Source: Felis catus (taxonomy: Eukaryota). From it: DNA of 64,000 bases. The notes below the pieces were generated by a model. That model had not been told where the DNA came from, searched no databases, and saw nothing but the letters and a program-made list of their open reading frames with translations. The stretch spans positions 22,010,001 to 22,074,000 of the forward strand of contig NC_058378.1 in assembly GCF_018350175.1 (NCBI RefSeq), in the 5' to 3' direction. Shown here in pieces: positions 52,650-64,000 of the stretch. Within the stretch, counting starts at the first letter, position 1. Each line of letters opens with the position of its first letter. The position numbers were made by a program, and so were the translations under genes.

Positions 52650-52896
52650 AAAGCTTCTAGTAATTTTTATTTCTCTTTTGCAAAAACATTTCGATTTTAT
52701 ATTTGGTGGTGATGTGGTAGTTTCTAGTTTCATAATGAGAAAGGCAAAATATTCCTTTGGAGCAAAAAGGGCAAGTCCATCAGAGTAAAATTGCTCTGCA
52801 GAACTATTTAAGGGATCATTTTCCTTGGGTGAGGGAGCTACATTTAGAGATAATTATGATATTGATGGGAAGGAAGACCTGAGACTAATGGTATCT

Positions 52897-53088
52897 CAGC
52901 TTTGTTCTAAAGAACTTTTTGTGCTGATGGAAAGAAATATCTTTTGTGTTAATACACTAGTTACTGGCTATAGGTGGCTATTGAACACCTGAAATGTGGT
53001 TACTGAGAATGAGAAATAGAATTTTGAATTGAACCTAATTTAAATTAAAGTTAGTCCCCACTAGATAATGGCTGCTGAGTTAAAATGG
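52897..53088. mobile_element. MER3-like hAT MITE
   Basis: agaactttttgtgctgatggaaa...gtggctattgaacacctgaaatgtgg. Confidence 0.75.
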
Positions 53089-53710
53089 TCTAGGGAACAT
53101 AACCATGTTTGCTCTTATTGGGTCCAGAGACTAGGTGAAGGGGCTTGGAATCTGGCTAAGAGAGACACAATAAAAGGGGTTTCACTAGTGGGAAGCAGGA
53201 TAGCCTGCAACACAGTGGCCTCTGGGGCTCAGACGGGTGGTACCTAGAGGTACCCTGGAGACTGGGTCATAAAGCCAGTGGACTTTGGGGGCACTATTGT
53301 CCAGAACCAGTCCTTCAGCTTTGCTTCTGTCATCTGAATACCCTTCATCACACTATGTTTTTGGAAAAGTCATGTTTGTTATTATAGCCTAGACTCAGTT
53401 GTGCTTTGGGAAATTAAGAGAGAGACTGTTATATGGTTGTTTAGCACTTTGGGGCCTAACCAAATTAATAGACTAAGGGCAGTAGGTTTCTGAAGTCTGA
53501 GTCTCTAAATCTAGTCCATAATTGAAGCCCTTTAATGTTTGCTAGACTGAATTTAATTTAGAAAGGAAACCTCCAGATAATGTTTATCCACGGCATTGCT
53601 TTGCTCATACACATGCTGAATCATGTTGACCACTTATGTGGGCAGGTTGTAAGTCTGACACTTTTATTTTTCCACCAGTAGGTTTAGCAGTTCACCTATC
53701 TAAAATAACC

Positions 53711-53970
53711 NNNNNNNNNNNNNNNNNNNNNNNNNNNNNNNNNNNNNNNNNNNNNNNNNNNNNNNNNNNNNNNNNNNNNNNNNNNNNNNNNNNNNNNNNN
53801 NNNNNNNNNNNNNNNNNNNNNNNNNNNNNNNNNNNNNNNNNNNNNNNNNNNNNNNNNNNGCTCTGAGCTGTCAGAACACAGCCCAATGCAGGGCTTGGAA
53901 ACCCACAAACATCAGATCATCACCTGAGCCAAAGTCAGACGCTTAACTGACCAAGCCACCCAGGCATCCC
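53711..53970 (-). mobile_element. CanSINE, tail half hidden by an N gap
   Basis: gctctgagctgtcag...agccacccaggcatccc; TSD ctaaa(a/g)taacc. Confidence 0.88.
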
Positions 53971-54790
53971 TAAAGTAACCTTTCATATGACTTAACTGAG
54001 TTCTGAATATGACCCAGCACCTCCAAAAATCTTGTTCAAAGGATCTGATATTTGAGAAAGGCAGTCCAGTGGACATGCTAAGTCATCATTCATCTGTGAC
54101 ACACATGGCAAGTTCTAATCACACACAATTAGAACATCATCAAGCTGAGTACCTGGCCCACAGCCTCCCTCCCACAGCCTCCTGGGGCCGGGTGCCTTCA
54201 CGGACAAAGATTTAGCATCAATACGCAGGATGGGGCAATCAGAATTGAGTCTTTTGAAATGTGGTGATTAAAGGTATTTTCAACTATGAAACTCACTGTT
54301 CTTAATAGAGGATAAAAAATCATATTTACTTCATATACTCACAAAATTGTCTCTATAGATAACTGTAAGACTTCTTTTGTCAAAAAATGAAAATTATATA
54401 ATCTTAGCTCCTCTTTCCACTACATATATCAAAGCCCTACACCTAAATTTGTCCTCTGGTTATATTTGCTGGTTCATTCCAGCTGCTTGGTAACATTTAC
54501 TTTTTCTGTTTCATCCTCAGATGGCTTAATTTGTATGTAATTAATTTGCAAACCACCTGAAATCCTTTTGGAAACAAATGAGGTACAGCACTGAAACACA
54601 TAAATCCCTAATTCTTTCCAGAGATCAAACCCAAAAAGTACTAAATAGCAAGACCAATATAAGGATATTTTATTCAATTGCCTTTCCAAAATGGGGAGTT
54701 GGATAATCATTTACAGGCGAAAAGTCAATGACATGAGTGAACATTAAGTTGGGTGGTCGATTATATTTGATGAAAAAACTCTTAGCAAAA

Positions 54791-54810
54791 TAAATAAGTA
54801 AGTAAGTAAG

Positions 54811-54849
<39 letters not shown>

Positions 54850-54850
54850 A
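54791..54850. repeat. Compound tetranucleotide STR TAAA(TAAG)4(TAAA)10
   Basis: Direct count. Confidence 0.95.
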
Positions 54851-56954
54851 GTATAAATATATCTCCTTCAGTCAATAAAAGGAACTTTGCGGTCATCCAC
54901 ATAGTAATTTGGCCTTCAGTTAGTCCAGTGCAAAATGCTTTACTGGAATGATAATCAGTAGCAACTCTGGTGTGTCTTAGTTACATTCTCTTCCCCCAAG
55001 AGAGTTAGAATAATTTGCTAAGAGAGCAGAGGTCATGCTTAAATTCTGACAGTGTCAATGCCATGTCAGCAGACTCAATTCAGGGAGTGAAGAACACTGG
55101 AGCTGCATTGCCATGTTCAGCAGCTACTCTATTAACTCCCTGCAGTGGACCCATGGGGCTGACCAGGTTTTCATGGATAATCCAGAAGGAAATATTGAAG
55201 ATGTCACACAAGGTATCTTACATACAAATAGCAAAATTATAATGCAAAATCAAAACTGACATCATAAAAATCAAAGACAGGTGTAGTAAACAGGTGAGTG
55301 TGCTATAAATCGATTAATATTAATTGCAACTCCAAGGTACACATTCGCCACTGGTTAGGATCTGCTTTATTGCTGCATAAATTAGCCAGCGCTGCAGAGA
55401 AGCATAGAGAACAATCTGTTCTGCTGTGTACTCCCTTTAGCTACACCGTGTTTGTTTCGGCCTCGTGTCTGCTTTGGAAATGCACATCTACCGCATGCAG
55501 GAAATTGATTCCAGGGTGCTGTCCTTGGTCTTATTCCTCAGCTCTCTTTGCTAACAGGCAGCCATTGTCTAGGTCACGTCCTCAGCCCACAAAGAACTAC
55601 AAGACTCCATCTGCCTTTCTTCAATGATCCGTCACAGCCAGCTAACAGATATCACAGCCCCCTAAGACAAGGGCTGCTGTTGTTTTGAAATTTACCTCCA
55701 ACCATCTAATCAATACCTCGTTCGAACCGGGTTCCTGAGGCATATGATTTACGGTCATGATTTACAGCTAGCTTTTAGCAAGCAGGGCTTAATGACCCTT
55801 CCTTTATTGTTCTGACCAGGTAAAATCTGTTCCCCCTCTGTGTTCCACAGTATCTTACTTTCCAGCTGCTGTTTCTGCTACATCCCTGAAGGACTGGGAC
55901 TCAGAAAGACACCGCTGAGGCTGGCCAGGGAGAGGCCTTGGTACCAAAGTGCAGATGCTGGATTACTAGGCAGTAGAATTACTAGAGATCTGGAACCTCA
56001 AATGGGTTTCTTTAAGCTGTCTGTGAAGACTAATTCTTCTCCAACCTCCTAAAGCAAGTCATCAATCACCAACCAGAGGGGAGCCTCAAGTGTTGGGGTG
56101 TAAGCAACCACACGGGCCTCCTACAAAGTACAATCCAATTAAAGCACAGCTTTCAGCTCAGAGTGTGGGCAGGCCTCGTTAATTAGGGATGACTGGAGAA
56201 AATGCCTTTGTAAATCAGAAAACACTCTGAATTTTAACATATTTTATACATAAGTGCAATGTGGTTATTTTAAATCACAGGCAAGGTTAAGGAAGTGGGT
56301 CTGAGATATCCATTGATCTTTAATCAATAAATTAGCATTCATTTGTGATTACCACATTCAGTGTTTTAAGGTAAGTGGATGCTTTGGAATTGCTTGAAGG
56401 AGTCCAAAAATACTGTAATTTGTTCTCTTAAATTCCTTAAACATTGCCCCAACTTCAGCTTCAGGAAATTTCTGAACAATGGCACAAAGACAAACTTCAA
56501 ACACTACCCTGACATAAATTTTCCAAATGTCCTAATTAGAAGATGTGATTTAATGAGGTTTTCATTATACTGTATATTACAGAAATAAAACCAGAAGAAT
56601 GCATCTTCAAGACAAGAACTTCAGTTTTAACACTGACATGCCCTATTGATGCTGGACTTAAAGAGGTGCTTCACTTTGTCCTTCAAAATGTCAAATTAGG
56701 TTTCAGCCCAGCCATGTCAGTGAATCCCAAGGATACACTTAATGCAGTAAGAACAGAGCTCTGCAGTGATGTGGACTGACTGGCAGTCTTGAGTCATTAA
56801 AACCGATAAAGGCTTATAGCAAGCTGATGACAATAGTGTGGGAAATAGCTTTTATATTAGTACAATCTGAGTTCTTATTAATTTTTATAGAACTAATGAA
56901 TTATAAGAAGAGAAGGAAAAATGAACCCCTACAGTCACCTACAGGAGACACAAT

Positions 56955-57510
56955 ACTGGTGTGGTTAGGAGCTTTGGGGCTGAAATCCTGCCTTTCCTAA
57001 TTTGCTGGCTCTGGGATCCTGGACCAGCTGCTTCTTATTGCTAAGTTTTGGTTTCCTCTCCTGTAAAACAGGGATAAATAACAGTTTTTGAATAAGTGAC
57101 ATTTGAAAAATGCTTAGCCTGGCATCCGCCACATGGTAGTGACTTCAAAGATCGTATTACTTCCACAGCTATTGGGAATGAATGCTAGTTTCGGTATACG
57201 CCCTCTCTCCAGTGTCATCTAATCCCATTTTCTCCTCATGTGTAAGGTCTTAGCAAAAACACTACTTCACATGCTATGTTCGAAATCCCAGTGCTGATGC
57301 TGTCGTCGACAATGTGTCGGGCACTGTGCTAAGTGCTTTACATACACTCTCTTTTAATCCCCACAGTGACCCAGTGAGGGAGTGGTGATATTATTGTGTT
57401 ATGATTTAACTTCATAATTCAGATCATTTCATCTTATAAATGAGGAAACTGATGGGATACAGAGAGAAAAGTTAAAGCCAAAATTGGAACCCGGGGAGTC
57501 TGGATCCTCC
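56955..57510. mobile_element. Two MIR fragments in opposite orientation (about 56955-57160 plus; about 57315-57510 minus)
   Basis: gtttcctctcctgtaaaacagggataa and gggcactgtgctaagtgctttaca...aaatgaggaaactga. Confidence 0.7.
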
Positions 57511-58212
57511 CCTATCCTGCTTCCTATTTCATTTCTACTGCTGCTGCTGAGGTTTCTTACGCTCGGACCTAGCATCGGACTGGTGTTTACGCTCAGAGCA
57601 GTACTGGTCTGGATATCCCAGTTTCCATCCAGTGGTGCACACGATACTGTAACTCCTTTCTCCAGGGATAAGAACTTACTCAGGGTACAGAACCTTGTTA
57701 CTCATTATGAAAGTCTGTAGGAGACAGAGGATAAAAGCAAAAGATGGTCTCTAGCTTTTGGGTTCTGAAGTTTAGGTCTTATCCAGATATTCCACCATAT
57801 TCCCATCTGCAAGGTCAAGACCCTGATACCTAAAGCATGATGAGCGCCATCTGACTTATTTCTAATGGTCTTGGAAATTTCTACTTGGGGAAGGGTTTGT
57901 ACTTTCCAAGTACATGGGAAACAGTCATGATTCCTTGAATTGTGTCTTCTACATGTTCGGTTATATATGTATCCTCCCCACCCCCATTTCCCATGATCTT
58001 GGCTTATTTCTTCTGTTAGGAAATAGGTGCACCTATATAAAAGCAAGAAAACACAGCAGGAAAAGTAGAAAACCACAGCTCTCACTGTGGGTGGACAGGG
58101 GTAGACAGGACCCCTGGAGGTCATCTGTCTCAGTCCCCTCCTCATGCTGGGAACAGAGGGCTCAGAATTGTTTCCCATACTTTCAGGGCAGGTCATACTG
58201 CAATGCTCTTAC

Positions 58213-58311
58213 CCTTGCCGTGAAGTCCACAGCAGCCGCTCGGTTTAACAGCAACGTGGCTACATTGATATTCCCATAGTGAGCAGCTATGTGGAGAGGA
58301 GTGAAGCCACT
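58213..58311 (-). CDS. ANK3: ANK3 coding exon (about exon 7), 99 nt
   Basis: TTTACAG|AGT...AGG|GTAAGA; [33 protein letters not shown]; this reading is missed by the ORF track. Confidence 0.97.
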
Positions 58312-60152
58312 CTGTAAAGAAAACATAGCAGGCATTCAATGGACTCTTGCCGGCCCCTTGTCTGACACGCGAAAACCATAACCCTGCCCAAAGAAAAAGG
58401 AGGAAGCAAAATATGCTAAGGTCCACATTCCATTCTGTACTAGGTTTCTTTCAGTTAGTGCCAATTGTTCACAGGGTTTCAAATAAACGCCAAACTCATA
58501 GGCAGAGGAATAGCCAGGAAGGAACCAAGGGTGCAGACTGAATAATTTTAGTAGTCCAGTAGCAGAACTATACAGAAGCCAACGTTTCAAAAAGTCAAAA
58601 CAGGAATGACAAGAAAAATCTATAGCTTATAGAAAGTTTGATTAGTACTGCTGTTTTATTATCAAAGATAGAATTGTCCATTGAAACTCTTTGTCAAAAT
58701 TCAATTTGTTTAATATATTTAATATAGAGCAAATGCCAATTTCAATGATAAAACCAATTTGGGGGGAGGTCACTACAATTGGTCTTGTATAATGGGTGAT
58801 TCCATTTTATAAAGAATCCACAAGTTGGNNNNNNNNNNNNNNNNNNNNNNNNNNNNNNNNNNNNNNNNNNNNNNNNNNNNNNNNNNNNNNNNNNNNNNNN
58901 NNNNNNNNNNNNNNNNNNNNNNNNNNNNNNNNNNNNNNNNNNNNNNNNNNNNNNNNNNNNNNNNNNNNNNNNNNNNNNNNNNNNNNNNNNNNNNNNNNNN
59001 NNNNNNNNNNNNNNNNNNNNNNNNGTGGGAAGGGGTGGGAGATAGATATTGCTACCATTCAGAGGTAACCTTCATTTTGCTGACACCACTGAGGGTAAGT
59101 GTCATGCAGAACTCTGAAGAATCAGTCCTGGATGAGTAGAATGACAGGGTTGTCTGCAGCTTCAGGTATAGCTGATAAGCATCTAAAGCGTCAAAACTCT
59201 TCATCTCACACAACTCTATTGCGATGCCCTTAAGTCTCAAGGATTCCTCATCCTTCCCTTCCAACACCAGGTTCAGCTGCAGAAAGCCCTGGTAATCAAA
59301 CTACTATCTTCTCTGGCACATGCTACTTTGGGGGGCAGGGGTGGAAAGCAGGTATCTAGCCTACAGAAGGCGATGCAAAGAAGGAGGGAAAGAAATGAGG
59401 CAGCAGCACTAAGTGATGGGGAAATGATGATGCNNNNNNNNNNNNNNNNNNNNNNNNNNNNNNNNNNNNNNNNNNNNNNNNNNNNNNNNNNNNNNNNNNN
59501 NNNNNNNNNNNNNNNNNNNNNNNNNNNNNNNNNNNNNNNNNNNNNNNNNNNNNNNNNNNNNTGGACGGCAGCAAGCTCATGACAGCTAAGTAATGAGGAT
59601 GAAAGCAATGATGGGAACACAAGAGGCACAGAAAGAAAGCTAGACCGAATGAAGGGCTACACAATGGCCCCTTCCAAATGCCACATTTCCTTCACAGAGA
59701 CTTTCAGGGAGTACATGTCAAGGCCATGAGAATTTTCGGCTGGGACTCTGGCTGCCAGCATGCTCTCCACAACCGATCAATACTCAGTGCATTGCCTCTC
59801 ATCTTAGATACCAACCAAAGGTTTATTTGTGCACATCACTGTTAGCGTTTTCTAATCTTCCACCCTGGTGTTTGAGCTGACATGTTAAATACGTTAAAAA
59901 TATATGGTAAAAGGAAGGAAACTGACAAGGGCATACTAATTAATGCCTGAGGTGGCCTCCCTGTTAGCATGCATCAGGTGGTGTCCACAGTTATTACCTC
60001 CTAGATTTAGGTGCTTGGACACATATTTTTATTACTCCCCATGAAGTTCAGTGTTTGGGGCAAGCTTGCCAAAAGGGAGACCAGGCATTCTTACAGTGTG
60101 GGTGCCTGACACAGGAGAGTGGCATGACCAGCTCACCTCCTTCGTGCCTCAC

Positions 60153-60338
60153 CTTTGACTCCACATCTGCGTTGTTGTCATTCTGCAGCAGCAGGGCCGC
60201 GGCTTTCGTGTCGTCTTTTCGGGCAGCGATGTGAAGAGCTGGAAGACGCACTTTTCCTTTAGTGTCATTTTCTAACAGCAGAGAAACTACTTGATCATGA
60301 CCTTGTTGCAAAGCTACTGCCAATGGTGTGAAGCCATC
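60153..60338 (-). CDS. ANK3: ANK3 coding exon (about exon 6), 186 nt
   Basis: TTTGCAG|GAT...AAG|GTGAGG; [62 protein letters not shown]. Confidence 0.97.
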
Positions 60339-60789
60339 CTGCAAATAAATGGATGGGTCAAGAAGGATGCCTGTGGATCTGTTCTTTCTGATTAATAAAT
60401 AAGAATGCGACCATGTGACCAATTTTTGTTTAGGTTGGTAAAGCTAGCATATTCAAGTAGGCAGACATGTGAAAGACACATTTATATTTATATTTTATAT
60501 TATATATATTTATCTTATTTATATTTATACTGATTTATATTTACCAAAACATATAATGATAAGAAATTTATAAAAAGTTTATGGGTTTTCTTCTGTTAAA
60601 AAGTGATATACATTAACTGGGTAAGTTTTGAAAATACATAAAAGTACCACATAAAGAGGAAAAAGATACCATAATTTCAATATCCAGAAAATAACCACAG
60701 TGAAAACAATAATATTTCAGGTTAAATCCAAGAAAAATTTTCAAAGGATCTTATTTAAATAAGATATACAAATTTCCACGATATATAAA

Positions 60790-60990
60790 ATTTTTTTTAA
60801 TTTTTCATATTTGAGAGAGACAGTGTGTGAGTGGGGGAGGGGCAGAGAGAGAGGGAGACAGAATCCAAAGCAGGCTCCAAGCTCTGAGCTGTCAACACAG
60901 AGCCTGATGTGGGGCTCGAACTCATGAGCTGTGAGATCATAACCTGAGCTGAAGCTGGACACTTAACAGACTGACTCACCCAGGTGCCCC
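60790..60990 (-). mobile_element. CanSINE
   Basis: Full structure ending cacccaggtgcccc. Confidence 0.92.
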
Positions 60991-62315
60991 CCACTAATAC
61001 TTTAAAGCTGGGGGATATGCCTGTCTGGTTCATCAGTGTACCTTGTTGCCTAGAATTTATCTGGTGGTCAATCTAAACATGTTAATTAATGAATCGTTGT
61101 AATTGCTGTTTTAGGAAAGGTCTTTATGAAAAATTCTTGACTTCTCTGACCAACCAAGGGAGAATACACAGGGATCAGGCACAATCTGACTAGGATAAAT
61201 TCAGATATACACTCCTGTATATTTTGAGTCTTCCTGTTGATGTCCCTGGGACCTGACAAAGAAAAGTCAGCTACAGATTTTACCGTGGTTAAGTAATTTG
61301 TGGATGGTCTAGTATTGCTGACTGCAGAATAAACAGCGCGGAGGAGACAATCCTAAGACTGGCTTACAAATTTGAATTCTGCAATGCTTTTATTATTAGA
61401 CACTCAAAAGAACATTAATCAATTATTTTTACTAGAGAACTGGTGAATTACTTATTTCACTTGGCTCATGATATTGTATATCAGTAGCCCTGGTGCTACA
61501 CGTAGAGGACTACTCCAATGGAACGGTATTTGGAAGGGAGAAAAGAAAATCTAGTTACTTGTATACTAATGTCTTGTCTTCCTAAACCACCACTTCATCA
61601 TTCTTTTCCTTGGTGAACAACCAGATAAGGGCTCCTACCACTTATTTGACTGAATGCACATCATTGTGTTTCTTTTTAAGGATGTGTAAAATATTGGCCC
61701 AATACCAGGCTCTTCTCATATAAATACTTTCCTGTAGTCTCCGTATTAGCTGTGGATGTGCAAATGATTTCTGCTCCAGCTCCTATACTCATGCTATGAC
61801 CCTCACCCTGAAATGTCCTCCTCCTTGCTCTACATATACAAATTCTATCCATTCTTCATGCTTCGAGATCCAGCTGAAGTTCCATCTGCCCCTTTCAACT
61901 TTTCCAAGAAGACTCAAACGAGGGAAAGGATGATCATTAATGTGGCTAGAAGGACTGTCCCTGTAGCCTTAAGAAAGACAAGAAAGCTGAATACAACAAA
62001 GACATCCCCAAAAGAATATCACAGATTTACACTTAAGGACATAAAGTTTAGAATGTAATTTAATGTTATGAGAAAACCAATATACATAACTGTGTAAATA
62101 TATGACATCATTTTTGTAAAGACAACATGTACCAAAAGGTCTTAGTGAATAAACAAAGTGTTTACTCCAGGGAAAATTAACAGTGGCTCTTTTTTCTTTT
62201 TGCTTTTTCCTATACTTTCTCACTTACATAATCTATTACTTTTGCAAAGCAAAAGAAAAAAACATTTTTAAAGGATAGAATGGCAAAAGGAACATTATGT
62301 ATTAAGAGGGAACAT

Positions 62316-62744
62316 GGGGCACCTTGGTGGCTCAGTTGGTTAAACAGCTGACTCTTGATTTCATCTCAGGTCGTGATTTTGTGGTCATGGGACAGGCTTT
62401 GTGTGGGTGTGAAGCCTGCTTGAGATTCTCTCACTCCCTCTCCCTCTGCCCCTCCCCACCAAAAAAGAGTGAATGTGGTGGCACCTCCCTTTTAAAACCT
62501 GGACAAAATACATTAAAAAAATTAAAAAATTAAAAAAAGGGGGCATCTGGGTGGCTCAGTTGGTTAAGCATCTGACTTCAGCTCAGGTCATGATCTCATC
62601 ACTAGTGAGTTCAAGCCCTGCATTGGGCTCTCTGCTGACAGCTCAGAGCCTGGAGCCTGCTTCGAATTCTGTCTCCCTCCCCTGCTCATGCTCTGTCTCT
62701 GTCTCTCTCCCTCTCAAAACTAAACATTAAAAAAAAATTTATTT
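62316..62744 (+). mobile_element. Two tandem CanSINEs (62316-62466 degenerate; 62540-62744)
   Basis: Two ggggca..ggtggctcagttggttaa heads; TSD aaacctggacaaaat. Confidence 0.9.
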
Positions 62745-63272
62745 AAACCTGGACAAAATCTAAAGGGTAAAAATGACAGCCCATTTATGGTTCTGAATCA
62801 TAAGTAAATGGCTACATTTCTGCTAATATGAACTTCTAAACCCACAAGGCCTATACATAAAGAAAACGACTTTGCACCAGAAAATTAACTGCAACTGATA
62901 CCATCAGCACCCCTAAGAATGTGCTTCCCGCAATAAGCCAATTAAAAACACAAAGATACCAGTTCTAAGGTGTCAATAGCTAAAATTAGCAGCTCCAGAT
63001 TTTGGTTGCAAACCTAGTTTAAACAGTTTGGTTCACTCTGTGCAGTTATTCTTAAAAAAAAAAAATACAAGCCAAAAGAAAATATTACGGAAGCTCCAAG
63101 AGAAACTTCATTGCCTTGGGGAGTATCTGGCATGCAATAGGTGCTTAATAATTATTTGTGGAGTAAATGAACAAATACATTTACCTCATGTTTCAGAATC
63201 TTAATTAGCAAAAGAAGGAAGATGTATATGGAAAAGAGGGGATATGCAGTACACAGTTAATACAGAAAAGGG

Positions 63273-63393
63273 TTTGTTTGTTTTTTTAAGATTTTTATTT
63301 TTTAAATCATCTCCACACCCAGTGTGGGGCTTCAACTCACAACCCTAGGATCAATAGTCATATGCTCCACAGACTGAGCCAGCCAGGCACCCC
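63273..63393 (-). mobile_element. Short old-type CanSINE
   Basis: aagattttt...catctccacaccc...gactgagccagccaggcacccc. Confidence 0.88.
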
Positions 63394-63419
63394 AGGAAAG
63401 GTTTTAAAAACCATAATCA

Positions 63420-63611
63420 GGGGTGCCTGGATGGCTCAGTCAGTTAAGCATTTGACTTTGGCTCAGGTCATGATCTCACGGTTCGTGGGTTCGAGCCCCA
63501 CATCTGACAGCTCAGAGCCTGGAGCTTGCTTCAGATTCTGTGTCTCCCTCTCTCTCTGCCCGTCCCCTGCTCACACTCTGTCTCTCAAAAATAAATAAAC
63601 ATTAAAAAAAA
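63420..63611 (+). mobile_element. CanSINE with internal deletion
   Basis: 16-bp TSD ttaaaaaccataatca (63404-63419/63612-63627). Confidence 0.94.
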
Positions 63612-64000
63612 TTAAAAACCATAATCATGCCAAAGACTTAGCAGTAAGTTGGACTTAATGCTTGCTGCTAAAGGAGAGATACTTAGTGATCTGTATATCA
63701 CAGTCTAAAACTGCCTGTCCTTCACAGGCAAAAAAAAAGTACTATGAAATCACTTTCATTAGGATATTTATATTATTTAGTATTTTTATTCAAAAATGGG
63801 AGTGGGTTTTTCTCTTATCCAACAAGTAGGCATTGCTCTACGCCTACCAAATGCAGTTTCTTTTTTTTTTTTTTTATAAACCAGTAGTTCTTACCTGCCT
63901 TTAAGAGTACTATTATAAAAACAATACATTCTCATGATAAAAATCCTCAACAGTATGGAAGGGTATAAAGTGAAAAGTAAATCTCCCTCCTACTGCTCAG

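Larger units (their letters stand above)
17162..59561. other. Five N gaps: 17162-17300, 17623-17786, 53711-53859, 58829-59024, 59434-59561
   Basis: Runs of n; non-round lengths of 128-196 nt. Confidence 0.99.
1..60338 (-). other. ANK3: ANK3 (ankyrin-G) gene body, membrane-binding ankyrin-repeat region; gene extends beyond both window ends
   Basis: Nine GT-AG exons join in frame to [25 protein letters not shown]...[11 protein letters not shown]. Residues [27 protein letters not shown] and [10 protein letters not shown] distinguish ANK3 from ANK1/ANK2 (recalled sequences). Confidence 0.97.

Noticed and set aside
57705-58196. 163-aa minus-strand ORF just after exon 7
   Set aside because: The exon 7 frame closes within a few codons of the donor (GTA AGA GCA TTG CAG TAT GAC CTG CCC TGA) and the ORF has no protein-like features
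1-60338. 99/198-nt phase-0 exon periodicity as a novelty
   Set aside because: Exon-per-repeat organisation is an established feature of vertebrate ankyrin genes
1-64000. CRISPR array, operon or other prokaryote-type system
   Set aside because: Mammalian intron-exon DNA; no regularly spaced repeat-spacer array or gene-dense region seen

Overview
This is mammalian genomic DNA, almost certainly from a felid: it carries about 27 tRNA-derived CanSINEs including young SINEC_Fc-type copies, plus a felid-type L1 3' end. The whole window lies inside ANK3 (ankyrin-G) on the minus strand. Nine GT-AG, phase-0 coding exons (186, 99, 99, 99, 198, 99, 99, 99 nt and a partial 140 nt; about exons 6-14 in human numbering) splice into an uninterrupted ankyrin-repeat ORF matching human ankyrin-G as I recall it. 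The rest is intron: CanSINEs, L1s, L2/MIR, hAT and Tigger fossils, microsatellites and five short N gaps. I see no evidence for a wholly new biological system. The best second-look items are: an L1 3'-transduction; a locally templated 46-bp insertion; two SINEs inserted at the same nick; an inverted young SINE pair around exons 10-11, whose circle would be a stop-free ankyrin ORF; a (CT)n-driven candidate poison exon; a competing frameshifting donor at exon 6; UGCAUG motifs downstream of four exons; a strong CTCF motif; and a homeodomain-motif cluster. Repeat subfamily names come from recalled consensus sequences and need RepeatMasker/Dfam confirmation.
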